Shown here: one piece after another, positions 23,531-37,880 of the stretch
How the letters are laid out: each line of letters begins with the position of its first letter
How positions within the stretch are numbered: position 1 is the stretch's first letter
NCBI GenBank assembly: GCA_050575255.1
Contig: JBNZDD010013632.1
Coordinates: 1,270,905-1,334,904, forward strand
Length of the DNA: 64,000 nt
From: Harriotta raleighana
Lineage: Eukaryota
Direction of reading: 5' to 3'
Notes under the pieces: generated by a model
What the model was told of the DNA's origin: nothing
The model's database searches: none
What the model saw: only the letters and a program-made list of their open reading frames with translations
Program-made: the position numbers and the translations under genes

Positions 23531-26074
23531 TNTGGAGAGGTAGGGAGGTGCCAGAGTGTGAAGTGATTTACACATAAATGTACACGAATGGTGGACGGGA
23601 TTGTCCACCGAGATGTAAAGAGGCCCACAGTCTAGGACAATAAATCAGTCAACAGTGCAACAGTGCTATTATGTTTAGTTATAAATGTGGTCAGATTGTA
23701 TTACAGCTTCAGAGAAACATATGAGGAATGTTGGAGGCCAATAGACACAGTATTGATGAAACAGAGAAATGCAGGAAAGTTTCCAATGGAGAAAGAAAAA
23801 GAGGCAATTTTGCGTACTGCCCCCAGGTGATGAGAAGTCCTAGAAAGCCTCCACAGATATAACACATTAATCAATCCCGAACTGAGGCTTCAATCTCAGT
23901 TAAGAGCCATTAAAGGATTGAAAGATTGTCATTACTCCATCAATGACATGTCGGTGATTTTGTGATTATTGTATTAAGTCCTTCGAGACGCTGCTCCATG
24001 CGAAGGGCGCTATATGAATGCAAGTTGTTGTTGTTGAGAGGAGTGATTGCAATGATTGAACATTTACCCCGTTGGAATATTAATATCAGTATATACTTCT
24101 CTTGCAAGCAATCATGGTAAGATACCTACCATTTTCAGTTTTCGTGTGCAGTTTGAATCTGAATCCCACTATACATGCATGCCAGCTTAAACACAAAATG
24201 ACCTGAACTGCATACAATTTAGTGCCCTATTTAGAAATTAACCTGCCGTGGGCATTTCAATTGGCTTTTAAATTCCTTGTGACTCAAATCCTTAATTTGT
24301 CAACTCAGTCCATTTCATACAGTGCTGCGCTAACAGATTCCGGTCGAGACTGGCTAAACTCATCAAATGACTGCAGTGGCTATTAATAGACACAAGCTGT
24401 AATTTTTAGCAGAGTTAGCAGTATTGACAGCTTCATAAGTTGTTAAATAAAGAATCCTAAAAAAGCAATTTTGCATTAGACAATTTAAACCGACATGCAA
24501 AGTCACGCGTAGTTCTTTTAATCCTCAATGCTTTGATCAATCTCCAAATCTTACTGAAAATCCTAAAATCAATGATTTTTGGAGAGAAATTCCACCGGGC
24601 TCCAGATTTACTCTATTTATGTACTGTAGCATTTTAGAGCACCCTTAATTTTGAAGCCATTTCCTATAAGCTCTTTTTGAAAAGACCCAAAATAATTTGA
24701 AAGTTACGACTGAACTGAACAATTCAGCAAATTCTGGATGCACGAAAAGGTTAAGGTAATCGGAGTAAAACTCGGTTCAGGTGGAACTTTTATTCTTCGT
24801 TAGTTATTAATTTATCACTTGCCTTATTTCAAGTCAGCAATTTTAGTATAGAATCAGCCAATAATATAAACCTAATCGAGTGACGGAAAGAAGGACCGTT
24901 TAGAGGGTCATTTGACAGTATTTTTTTTCTACATACAGTATTTGGTTTGAAAAGCTGTATGCATGAAATGTATTTGATGTAAGGAGCTATTGCTTTGTTT
25001 GCCTCACAGTGTTTATGTGGTGTGTGTCGGTACTGTACAATGAAAATTTCATTGGACAATTTGCTGAGTTTCAACTAAAATCATTTTAATGATTGAAAGC
25101 ACACAATAATCTTTACAAAAAATCCACAATTCTCTCGGTTAAACATACTTGAAATTGGATTTTGTTTTGCAGTAATCCATAAATTGCTCAGTTCTAACTC
25201 TTTATGTTTTATAAATACACTTCATATTCACTAAAGCTCACTACATCCACTGCCTGGTAATTGACCTCTAACATCCTATCTTAAGAATAATTATGATCTG
25301 CAAGCATTTATAAAGTAGAACGAGTTTAACTCGTAGTCTGTTGGAAAATGCAGAAAAAATGTTCAGGCAAGGGATTTTGTCTCTCCCATCATTCCGTTCT
25401 GCTCTCTGGTGTTTCATTTTCTTATAGACTCAGCATGGTGTAGTCTAGGAAGGAGCAAACTGGCTTCATCTCTGCTAACCAGAGTCAAGCAGCTAAATAT
25501 TACCTTCCCTATGTTGACTGCGGTTTTATTTGGTTTGAAAACCTTGAGTGAATTAATAAGAGTCATAACCAAACCCTTCCCTTGTCCACCTCTCTTAATG
25601 GACACTTCTTCATTGTGTATTTAATTATTTATTTTATTTATATATTATATTTATATGTATATATGTTCCACTCATTCTTGAATATAAATTTAATTTGCAT
25701 TTATCTGCATTTAAAATCTTTCTATCATTCTTCAGGACCATCGTTTAATTTTTTCCTGATCTATTGTCTTTGTTATTCATTTCAATCGTAGCTCACAAAA
25801 TGGTAATTTATTTGAATTGGTTCACATTCAAAAATTTATATAGGATTTTTTGTCAGATTTTGTGAAGCAAACAGACAACTGAACCTCATGACTACAAATT
25901 TGTGATGAGATTTGTCTATAAAGATTTGATTTTCACTGTGGACTTTAATTTGACTGGGAAAAGACTGTTTTTAATCATATATTTGTCACCAATGAAGCTT
26001 GATATAATGAGGGGGGTTACTGCAATAAGTATTGTGCTACCTATATTCTTAAGTTGTACAGTATTTACAAATTC

Positions 26075-26465
26075 TCCATGCACCCCCCCCGCCCCCACAC
26101 CACCATTACCTCCACAATCTCCTAGCCCCCTACCCACCTGTCTGTTCCCTGAGCTCAGTGGGCTGCACCCTGACCCCCACCTCACCTCCCCCACCATCAG
26201 CGAACAAGCCTTCAGCCACTCTGCCCCCAACCTTTGGAATTCCATCCCGCAATCCCTCCATCTTAGCCCCTCCCTCGCCTCTTTTAAGTCCCGCCTAAAG
26301 ATCCTCCACTTCAACCGTGTCATCGGTCACCTCCCTTTCCCTCTTTTCCTACCACCTTCCCAGATCCCAATCCCAGCTTGGGTCCAAAACACTGACTAAC
26401 CAGCATCTTGGGACATCCTCCTGACATGAAAGGCGCTATGCAAACATAATTTTGTTGTTGTTTTG
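26075..26465 (+). mobile_element. L2 LINE 3' fragment
   Basis: Translation QAFSHSAPNLWNSIPQSLHLSPSLASFKSRLKILHF is the L2 ORF2 extreme C-terminus. L2 tail with (GTT)n. Confidence 0.9.
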
Positions 26466-29400
26466 GTTGTTAGAATTTGACAGTCAGCATTGTCAAGCAT
26501 TATCTTTGCAAGATTATAATGACTAAAATAGGACAAAAAGAACAACCAAGAGAAAGGTCACCTGTTTCTCTGAGTCCCAAGGCAAATTCAAGCTTGGTGA
26601 CTGATGGAGGGACTAAATCATGGAAATGACGGGAAGTGATACAAGAAAATGAGATATATTTGTGTGAATGTAGTTTCACAGAATATTTCTCATATACCAC
26701 AGTAATGAAATCTGAGCCCTGAAGTGCAAATGAGATTGATCCTTGAAAGGAAACTGTTGATTATTTCTATTGAGTTGAAACAGGGTGTTGCAAAGCTCAA
26801 ATAATAGTTTGGGCCGGACTGAAGGAAAAGTCAAAGCCAGACTATAGATGCTCCAACCTCATGTGGATGGTATGTATTCACATGGAATGCTGCAGTTTCT
26901 ATGCTGTGTAGACTTCTAATCATTTGTGTGTTGATTACATTAGTGCACTATTCACAGATTTTGGTAGAACATCTATATAATACAATTGGAAAAGGTTCAC
27001 AGGCAAACTGAAGTGTCCATGTCAGTTATTTACTAACTGGAATCTAACAGATTAAAAGAACATTAAGAAATACGTGAAAGCTTGTAGCACAGTCAAAGGA
27101 ATTCAATCCTCATATTGAAAAGCAAATCCCGGATATAAATAGCAAAAATAAAGCTGCAAGGAATGAGATAGGCAGGCAACCAAGATAAAGATATAGATTT
27201 CAGCATGCTGTTTGTTCACACTTGTCCTATCCTACACTTTTTTTTACTAGTGAAAACTGCCTTGAAATTATCTTGAGTGCCCGATTTGCTTCGTCATATT
27301 TTAGATGAGCAATTTTTTTTATTGCTCCCTTCTCCATATCAATTTTTCTCTTGTGTAATCTAAATAATCTCTTAATAAATTGAGTAAGACTACCAAGAGA
27401 GTTTCTTTTTATTAAAATGCTTGCCAATTAGAAACAGTCAGCTAAAATTATGAACACACAATCTAACATAAACGGTTTTAAAGTGCTGGAAAACACTATG
27501 ATGCATTTTATTAACACAGTATGATAGTTGACAGGAGAAAATTCTGATCAGTTTTGATTTATTCAGCATTTCACAGCTTCAGGAGGATAGTTCCTTGTGA
27601 ATGAGCCAACATGATCACAAAGAAACAGTGATTCCTGATCACTTCATTTAATAAATCTTAATACAGTACTGTAAAAAAACATCAGTTTGACTTCCATGGT
27701 TAATTTTGTTCAAATTCTATGGGTAAAGATTATATAACAATCTACCTTGTGGACTACAATTCAGTCAAGTCGATTTGTGTTGCTACACATGTTACTTCTG
27801 TGCTGTCAAATCCGCTTTTGAGCAATAACATATTGTCTTTCTTAAAAGACCACTGATCTTTTTCCATTAACATCTCAACATTCACAAGCCCTTAAGCCCT
27901 CTTTTGATGCACAATAGGATAAGAACCTAGTGCTTCTGTTAAAATCAAAGGAGGATCTGGGTTTTATGGGTGGTTTTGAGGAAATGGTTCCAATAATGGT
28001 GATCATCTTATTTTCATGTTGACATCAAATTTCCTACTTCAGTTTGTGTAGGTCAGCTCAGTTTGCTTACTTTCTGGCAGCCAGAAAGTAATGCAAGCAT
28101 TATTTTTGGACTAGTAGTTTAAAATCAAAAATATTAATCAAAATGTAATACCAATAGTATTGTTTCTCACTATCTCTGTTGCCATAGAATATACTTAAAA
28201 ATAAGCCCCTAGCTAGTGGTAAGTCAAGCACTGTTATCTAAGATAGTTCTTTGAGATGTTAGTTGGGTAGATAATCAGTACATACTGGGCTGATACTCTG
28301 GGCCTATGTATGTAACATTTCCTTTCCTTTGACTTTCATTTCCCGTCCTGCCTCTGCATTGTACTGAGGGCGATCAGAAAAAATGAACGTCTACTTCCTC
28401 TTTTAATGCTGCACAATGTTCATTTATAATATCAGGTTACATGAAGTCTATTAACATTTACAATTAGTCTACAAAATTGAAATGGAAATTTGAGCATCCC
28501 GTGTTAAGTTGCTGATTGCACTCCTAATTAATGGATTTGTTGGGGGCCAAAGGGCAGAGATAAGGGAGCCAAAGGGCATTATTTCAAGTTGGGGAAGACA
28601 TGAGATAAAATGAATAAGGAATAACTTCTGACGTAAGGTCATTGACTAATTGAGTAGACAAGCACAGAGCAAAGGAAAATACAAAACCAATTGAAGCATT
28701 TAAAAGAAGTTGGATTAATTGGTTTAATTTCAAGTTCATTGGTTCATGATGAAAACAATACCTTGCTTTGTATAGCTATCAACATTGTAAAATTCCTTGT
28801 GAAATCACTACAAATGTTGCATTTAAATTATATCCACTGTACAATTTTATCTATTTTACAAAGCATTGGATACAAATGATCAAATCACTCCAAAGTGGGG
28901 ATTTTATTCATTTATGTAAGGTGGAATCATTTAAAGTCTATGGTTAAGTTCTCTGCCTACAGGAGATGGTTATTTTAGCAGATAGTTATTTTAACAGTAG
29001 CCTCACTTTAGTTGTTGATACGTAAACATGCGTTTTCTGTTTTATTAATTAGCTCAGATTAACTAAAATACCAGTGAAGCCAATTATTCAGGAACATGAA
29101 TTGACTAAAATTAATCCAACTATAATTCTGAACATCAAAACACAGTGTAATCCAAATATCTGGGGATCAGAGGAGAGGAGATTTCTAGTCCCAGCTGGAT
29201 AAGATTTATGTATGGAAATATCTTCCAAAGTCATTAATAAGTGATTTAAAAGATTTACTGCATATGTTTAATAAATATGAAACCTAGTAGGTATTGGAGT
29301 GAATATACATTTATCATTGGTCACATTTTCTCTGGACAATCACATGTATATGCTGCACATATCTATTAGGTAACTATGATAATTCAGGTATCAATATAGT

Positions 29401-29954
29401 TGAGTAGGTGTCAGAATACTAGAATAAACTTTTGTAAACACTGAAGTTGAAATCAAAGTAAATTCTCCATGAAGAGATAAACTGCCCTTTTAATTTTGGG
29501 GGGCTTTCAGAAATTTCAGTAAAAAATGATGGACAGTGAAAACATAAATTCTGTAGACCCATGAAATGACAAAAGTAAAAAGAACTATCAATGTAAGTGT
29601 TGTTATATCATTGTACTAGCACCCAGACTTATTGGCAATGGTCCACTTTATTGGCTCCAACTACATTAAAAACTTATAGATATTTTGGACTGTAGGTGAA
29701 CTTAATGTAATGTGAGATAGTAGACTGCATCACTTCCAGTAACTCAAAGTAGCAGTGCAATATGAAATGACGGAGACCTAAGTGATTTATGATTTTAATG
29801 TGTTTCTAAGGTTTGTTATTTTTTTTTCCCCTATCAGCTACTTTAGTTTTGCAGTAAATTTCCTTTGCTTTTTCTCTGAATTTTGAAAAGGAAACACAAG
29901 TCCAGTCACTTTAGAGTTTGAGCATTGGTTTGAAGGTTTGATTGTCAAACGATG

Positions 29955-30045
29955 TAATAATATTAATTATCCTTGCATTTGATATAGCATTTTCACGACT
30001 TCCAGATGTCTCAAAGTGCTTCACAGAATATACTCTAAAGTGAAA
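29955..30045 (-). mobile_element. SINE tail fragment
   Basis: TCCTTGCATTTGATATAGCATTTTCACG...AAAGTGCTTCACAGAATATAC is the reverse SINE tail. Confidence 0.7.
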
Positions 30046-30392
30046 TTTAGTGTGAATTTTATTAATTTTGTTAACAGTGGAATTGTCCAGTATGTAGTCA
30101 TGTCCTCAAATATTCATTGCTTATTGTTATTTATCAGTAACCTACTATTGATCTAATTACCACAAATTTGTATTTACTCCTTTATAATTCAGCATTATTT
30201 AACTAAAATACCAATTGAGCCCATTATTAATGACAAAAAATGAATAAAATTAGTCAAACTACAACTCTGAACAGCAGAACACATTTTAATCCAAAATACA
30301 TGTATCAAAATACAATTATTGTTGGCTCTTTTGTAACGTTAATGAATACCAGCGAAATGTCATGTGAGTAGTGTTTATTTCAGCAGAACAGT

Positions 30393-30520
30393 ACAACAAC
30401 AACAACAACTTCGATTTATATAGCGCCCTCCACGCCGGACGGCATCTCAGAGCGTTTAACAACAATACAACAACAAGAGCAACTTGCATTATGTAGAACC
30501 TTTCATGCAGGATTGTGCTT
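30393..30520 (-). mobile_element. Two tandem L2-type tail fragments
   Basis: (AAC)n followed by TTCGATTTATATAGCGCCCTCCACGCCGGACGGCATCTCAGAGCG, the same subfamily as 38478-38537. Confidence 0.7.
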
Positions 30521-31869
30521 AAGAGAAAATGAGTAGAAAAAAATTATCTGAAAACTGCGTTACCATTTCTATTTCCACCTCATTAGAAATGTCAGCTGCC
30601 CATTAATTACTAGATTCTAAGAGTATCACATGTAAATGCAATTAGATAAACTGATAGAATGCTCTCGGACACTACACAAAAATGAAAATTATTGTTATTG
30701 TAATGAACAACACATTTACAAAGTGTTACAAAGGGCTTGATAAATACAAATAAGTTTTCCCCATGAGGATCCAGATCATTTGGAACATCATGCACCTACT
30801 TTAATGACAAACACTTAGGGTCAACATGTACAATTTGTTTCTACCAGTCCTAGCTCAAAGTCAAAGTCAAATGGTTCCCACACCAGTCTATAGAGTGTTG
30901 CAGAACATAGAATCAAAGAGGAGCAATACAGACGCAAGATCAGAGTTGGAAAGCATTGAAATGCTGAATCTATTGTTCAATTGCCTCAGTCAGAAGCTGC
31001 TCTGCAATTTTGCTCCACAAAAGACATTGTTTGTGAGATTGTCTATCTTCCAAACAACAAGCTGTGACATCTGTAAGTATGGAACCAAAATTCTTCCGTT
31101 GTGATAATATCTTACAGCTTGATATCAAGATGAACAATGCAGTATGTGACTTGCTATTCAAATTGACCAATCATATATTTACACTTCACTTTTATTTCCA
31201 TTTCTATTTCTTTATTTCATTACAAAATCTATATTGGGGAGGAAAATGTGGTGTGTGATGGGATAATTATCAATATTTTCTCCCAATTTCTCTTACCAGC
31301 ATCACCTATAAACATTGAACAGCTGCAAGCTCAAATTCAACGAGCGACAGCATATTTAATTCTTAAGCAGGATGTGAAGGAAAAATCAGACCAGATTTTA
31401 TTTAATGTTGGCACTAGCAATGTAAACTGTGTGTGAAGTAAAGTCAGTCAGAATTACATGATGGTGCCAATTTGCAATCTTAATGCAGTCACTCTGCCAC
31501 AGAACAACACAAATAAACACTTCTACTTTCATTTTTAAAAGTGTCCAAGAAGAAAATAACAGCAAATTGCATTGAGTATAAATGAATCTCTGATTTTACA
31601 AAAGTAACTTAGTTTTACTCTGCCATATAGAAAAATACATTTGATACATTTGTGAATACAATCTCTGCCTTGAAGCTGAGCATTAACCCACCATGAATCT
31701 AGCCAGTGCACCAGTTCCAACATAGTGGCAATTAAATGTTTAAATGAAAAATTAAATGCTACAAATTATTTTCTAATGCAGATTTTTGTCATCAACTGAT
31801 GCTTTGTACACGGTGCATATTATAATAAATCAGCTTTCAATCTTATGAAGGGTCAGTATCTGTATTTCC

Positions 31870-32105
31870 TTATGTTTTTGTTTGTGTGGTTGTGTGTGTT
31901 TATGTGGGGCGGGGTGTCAGGTGGGGGTTTATCTCTATGTGTGGGGATTGAATATGTATGGGCAATTCTCTATGTATTTCTATGTAGCTCTGTGAATGTG
32001 GGTGTGTGTTTGTGAGCAAATATCTATGTGTGGGTTTCTGTGTGGGCATGGGTTTCAGTGAGCATGGTATCTGTGTGTGTGTGTGCATACATTTGTGTGG
32101 TGGGA
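31870..32105. repeat. Degenerate (TG)-rich low-complexity tract
   Basis: Repeated TGTGTG and TATCTATGTGTGGG-like motifs. Confidence 0.7.
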
Positions 32106-33799
32106 TAAATGTAATTGACACAGCACATAAAAACCAAAAAGTGTGCAACAAATGAATGGTTGTACCAACTCTCAGTTTATCTGTTTTTTTTAGTTAAAGC
32201 ATAGCTATTCAGCCGTTTTCTTGTTGCTCTAAGGATTTAAGAGCTAGAACCCAATACAGATTATAGCCTGGTCATTACATTTGTCAGCAGAGACAAGCCT
32301 TTAAGCATCTGGCATAGATAAGTAGCAGGTCTTGTTGTTTTTTTTTGATGTGACAGCTGGACTCTTTCAATAACTCAAGCTAGAGGGCAAACAGGGTATG
32401 AGTGAGCCAGGCAACTACTCTATAAGTCTTCGAAGATATGCCCACAAACCAGCAAGAGTCGCAGAATCCATGCAACAAAATAGAGCTTGAGTCAGTGGGA
32501 TAATAATTATGTACAGTGAAATCTTCTTGTATGCTAATGCTCATGATTGCATATATTGGAATTTGAAATATATGGCAGATGAGACAATCCAGCTGCATTT
32601 AAAGATTTTATGTACAAATATGAAACCATCTCACCAAATGAATAAAAAGCGTAAAATAATCCACAGATCTGGTAACCATTTGACCTGCACAAATTTGATA
32701 GAGGGACTTTATTTATTCACAAATAAGGTTTGAATGTAACAGAATTTACAGCTGTGATCCTGGGCTAAGTTTAAAATTCAATGAAACTATTTAAAGGGAA
32801 AAGAATTTAGCAAAATAAAATTAGCATCAATTCTATTTAACTTACTGAGGAATTTATGGACAAAGGCTTACTGTCAACTGCTTTTAAAATGGGTGGCGTG
32901 GACACACAGAATATTGGGTGCTAATGTTCTCAGTGCTAAAATACCATTAATAGCCGAATATGGGAATACACTGCAATTTTGACATCTTTTAATGGTGGCG
33001 GCTGAGCAGAAATCATGCATTTCCCGAGGGGATTCAATGCAAAGACCAATGCTCTTACCAGTTCGTTACACAATGACATTGGAAGGAGATTGGTGAGTTA
33101 ATGCCTACCTATTCTTCTGGTCGGGGATTATATGTGATGGTGGAGGAGAGAGAAAGTATGCCAAGAGAGAAGGAAAGAGAAATATATAAATATCTCATAA
33201 CAAACATGAGAAACAGAAATAATTTCAGCGCACGATAAAGAATTGGGACTCATTTAATCTGAAGTACGAGTACATTTTACATCTGTTGAATAATGTGGCC
33301 AGGGATTTGCCTGGCAGCATATTTAAATTAATATAGTAAAAGTTCCACAATTTTATTTGTTCACCTAAAGAGCAGACATCTAGGTCTTAGGGGTTGAAAC
33401 AATGATAAATCCCATGGATCCAGGGTTCAAGGTTCAAGACCTTTTCTGAAGCAGTCTACATTTGGATATAATGGGAGTGACTTATATGATTAGTAAGAAC
33501 GGCACTGGCAGCAAATCCATTTAAACAGCGACTTTGAAGTCAATATATCAAATGTCTTATTAAAGGATCTTGAAAGTATTTTACAAAGGCAATTTTTTTT
33601 CAAAACTGCAAATTTTCACCTATAAGAAAATGTAAATCCACTTAAAAAAAAAGACAACATTTCAATTAAACATTGTAATGTTAGCCCCCAAACACCAATG
33701 TGCTGAACACTGTTAGCTTTCTGAATAGATGCAATTCCCAAAACAAAAGCTTATTTTAGTGACCTTCTTTAGTTAATTTGGCTGGACTCGATATCAGAT

Positions 33800-34025
33800 G
33801 AACTCAGTTGGTTACACTCTTGCCTCTGGATCAGAAAATTACGGGCAAAAAGACCCACACCAGCAGTTGAATTCATAATCTCGTCTGACAAATGTTTACG
33901 CTATGGATAAGAGGTTAAACCAAGGTCCTGGGTGTTTGTTCTGATGGTTCAGTGGACTTTCCATGATGGTATCATGGAAAAGAGCTTTGGGACGTTCTTA
34001 TGTGATGTGAAAAATCATTTTATTA
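33800..34025 (+). mobile_element. Decayed Deu-domain SINE
   Basis: Head CTCAGTTGGTTACACTCTTGCCTCTGGATCAGAA and GTTAAACCAAGGTCCTG, homologous to 54560-54730. Confidence 0.55.
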
Positions 34026-35179
34026 TCCAGAGCAAAATGATACTCCAACTCCAGTTGATAGACCTGAAATGTTTATGTCCAGCTGGTACTCCTTAGATCT
34101 CTATCTACTCTGGAAACACATTTTCACAATAACAACTATGATCACACTTATTTCACTTCTATTGTGTTTTAGATGTAATCGTATTTAACATACATACCCA
34201 TGGCCTGGGTCCCATTTCCTTTAAGAGAAGAAAGACCTCTTGAGGATTTCTTTTCTCATTCCATGCAAATTAATTCAGGCCTCTTTAATTGTGGGAATTA
34301 AAGTGATTTGGAAACATTGAAAATCCACCAAGGTATACTCAATGATGCTCTAGTGAAAAGCGATTTAGATGCAATTCAAATTTAAATTTTAACCTAGTGA
34401 ATGGAAACTACACTGAGGGAGAGACAGATGCTGTGGGAGTCCTTCCCTCAATTAGTTACCCACACTGTTTTTTTTAGAACAATATACCTTCAACATTCAA
34501 ACTTTGCGTATGCATAAAGGACCATAAAAGTCACCATTCAATGTGCATTGACTGTGCGCTGCTTTGACCCACACGATGAAGCAACCAGGACCTTTAGGAG
34601 CACAGATCAGACTCAAATCATAAAAATATCAATGAGATGAATGTTTCAATATTTGAAACAATATTTCATTATGTGATTTCTTAATTAATCCTGTTATTCC
34701 TTTGTAAAGAAATCCAAGTAGGGATGGCTTCCAGTGCTTAGGCTTGTGTCACACTGATTCAATTCCTTGATTCAATTCCAGTATGCGATCCAAACATAGA
34801 TTGGATTGAAATATTCTCACAACCAAGTATTGCAGAACTTCCAAATACCTTTAATGAGAAAAACTGATAAGCAACACTATAATATTGACCCCCGTGTCTC
34901 CAAAGAACATAATATCTGTGCCAGTGTCTACATTCCAAATACATGTCTGTGAAAATAAGTCCCATTTTGCTTTGATTTCTTGCCAGTGCTGAGCCTCACA
35001 CCTGTGAAGGTGATTGGTGGGATACTGGTGTGATAGAGTTTGATTCCTCCTCTTTACACTGCCATATCCCGTCATGATAGCACATATGCCATAGTTTCCC
35101 CATTTGGCCTAATTTCTGCTGCTATCATAAATAGCATTTTAAAAATATAAATATACCTTACATCTTTGGACAAACATGC

Positions 35180-36161
35180 AAAAGTTGGCTGTCAAATCAG
35201 ACACTTCCAGTGGTACTGAGAATAAATAAATATTTCATTGCTGTTTGTGGACATAGATGTCAAAAATTGGCTGTTATATACTTGTGGGATTGAGGTTGAT
35301 TCCTTCTCTTTGAGGTTGATTCCTCCTCTTTACGCTTGGAAAGCAAGTCCACAAATAGCACACATTGTAACTGAACGGATTTCCATTCAATTTGCCTTTG
35401 TGCATTTGAAATATTGAGTTGGAATTGTGCCTCCGGCTCTTAGTATAACTAAGGCAATGGATCTTTAATACAATTATTTTGTGTTTTGTCTAATATATCT
35501 CTAATCGTCTGAATTTGATATAACAGATAACTTGTTTGCTTTTAAGCTATTTTGATACAGAACTCCCTAGGATTTGTTATTGATTGTGCTAAATCTTCTG
35601 TTAATTTTAATTCTTTGTAAATTTCATGCGTCTGTATGCTGAAATTTTACATTTCTGAATCATTTATTGATTTTTCACACATAAAAACAATACAGTTGAT
35701 CAAAGAGGCATTTACATTTATGCAAGTTTGTGTTCACAACTTCACAATTAGATGATCTTGATTAGATAATCTTTCTCTTCACAACCAGTGATATTTGGCA
35801 TGAGACCAGGATGCAATTTTTTCCTCATTTGTGCTCACCATTATCAACACATTGAATAGTTTCCTCAATGTTGATAAAGCCATTACCCAGCATGAAATTG
35901 ACTTACAGACATATTTAGGTTCAATCTTTGCTTTGTGTCAAGTTTGCTGATAATAATAATAATAAAAACATTTGTAATAGCTTCTTTCATGCTGAGAAGG
36001 TGTTCCAAAATGCTATACAGGATATATTGTAAAGTGCAGCGATGATGTGTTCTGCATGTGAACATAACAGCCAATTTTTGACATCTATGTCCACAAACAG
36101 AAATGAAATATTTATTTGTTCTCAGTACCACTGGAAGTGTCTGATTTGACGGCCAACTTTT
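35180..36161. repeat. 98-bp inverted repeat (arms 35180-35277 and 36064-36161)
   Basis: The arms are reverse complements with 3 mismatches by manual alignment; spacer 786 bp. Confidence 0.95.
35950..36120 (-). mobile_element. Highly decayed SINE 3' part
   Basis: (AAT)n, a degenerate reverse tail and CAGCCAATTTT...CCACAAACAG. Confidence 0.55.
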
Positions 36162-37696
36162 AAAGAACTCTCTGTTCTCTCCCTAGCAAGGTCACTCCAC
36201 TTAAAAGTAGCAGATAAGATGAAGCAATGAACAGAGGTCCATTGTGAACATTGAATGCTGTGTGCTAGGGTTAAATATTTCTGGCCTGCCAATATTCTAT
36301 TTATTTCAGAAAAAGATCTATGAGATTTTACAGCAACTTTTGACTGTTGTGAGAGAAACACATACCTTTTAATAAGCTTAGTTAATACAGTAATTTAATT
36401 TATGTCATCATTAAAAGAAAGACGCTCTTCACAGCATTCGTGAAAAAAATTCAACAGAATACCCCAGAGAACAATTTTGCTGATGTTTTGAATCATCTAC
36501 AATGTTTTTCTTTGAAGTTTGTAACCAGCTAAAATAAGAACAAAGATTGAACAAGCACAACACACTGTGTTTTTAACTTCTACAATCTTCTACAATTTTG
36601 CTGGATATTAACCTTGACTTGGACAATGTATCTATCCACAAAACTTCATTTCCATTTTAAGGATTCCCCTTGATGTCTTGGTCTGAAACAAAATCTATAT
36701 AGAAAAGGTTCTCCCTGTTATTTTATATATCAAAGCAAAATCATGAATGAGGACTGTTCCCAAACAAAAGTCAGAGCCAGTCTTACATCTTTATTATTCA
36801 GACAGAGAGAAAAAAGAAGATGAAAAGAACATATTATAGTCACTATACTAACAGGGTACAGTAGTAATTTCTCCGACTATGGGCTAAAACTGCAGATATT
36901 GAGGACATTGAGGATAAGGTACTGCAGAAGTGAGTGCTTGCAGCCTACATGGGGATTAATATAGAAAGAAATGATCAGGTTTTACCTGGTAATTGCAAGG
37001 TATGTAATGTTAATGGTTTATTTCTTGATTATTGCCAGTGATAATTACTTCACATTACATGTCGTCTTTTTCACTCTTTTTGTAATTGTCTATTGGCTCT
37101 GTGCCACCTTTCTGTGCAGCAAACCTCTCTCTCTCTCTGTTCTCTGAAATCATGTCTTGCTGTACTCCTCGCGAATACATTTTCATGAAGGAGATGTTAA
37201 AATCTGATCTTGTGAGTGTGAGATTCAGAGAAGCAGGAGTTATGTGTGGTTGTCTTAAAGACAGGTCTTTTGTATCATTAGAATGAAGCTGAACTTGCTT
37301 GAAATCAAGAGTGAATCAACAATACTGATAGACTAGCCACTTGTCAATTTTTATTACTGGCAAAAAAGGTTTACTTATTTTTCAAATATGAAATGCCCAA
37401 ATCAATAGAAAGCGCAGATGAAGCAATGGTCTACAACTATCAGAAATTGTGCTATTTGGCTGTCAGATTATGTTTAATTATTCAACTGTATAAAAAATAT
37501 AAACTTCAGTGAAGCTTTATGTGTATTAATGTTTTAATGTTTTAATTTGGGGAGAAGCCAGACAGTAAAACACCACCTTCCCATGGTCGTCAGAGTTGAA
37601 GCCAAGCATTCTTTCAGAACACTGTCAATTTTCAGTAATGATAATCAGCTGTTTCACAAATGTGCTGAACAGATGCCATTATGCCATACAGATGTC

Positions 37697-37880
37697 CTTC
37701 CTTGCATTTGATATAGTGTTTTTCATGACTTCTAGACGTCTCAAAGTGCTTCACAGAATATACTGTAAATTGACTGCTTATTTGTCGTCAAAAATGCGGT
37801 AGCCAATTGCACACAGCAGAGTCCCTCTAACAGTCATGGATTGAAATGACCAATTAATTATTGTTTTATGATTATTATTA
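37697..37880 (-). mobile_element. SINE 3' part
   Basis: Reverse match to the family core and tail. Confidence 0.8.

Noticed and set aside
33958-33981. Short hairpins (TTCCATGAT-GGT-ATCATGGAA; also TGTTTCAA-TAT-TTGAAACA at about 34642 and AGCCATTTTGAAGATGGCT at about 57537)
   Set aside because: Stems of 8-10 bp are expected by chance in 64 kb of AT-rich DNA.
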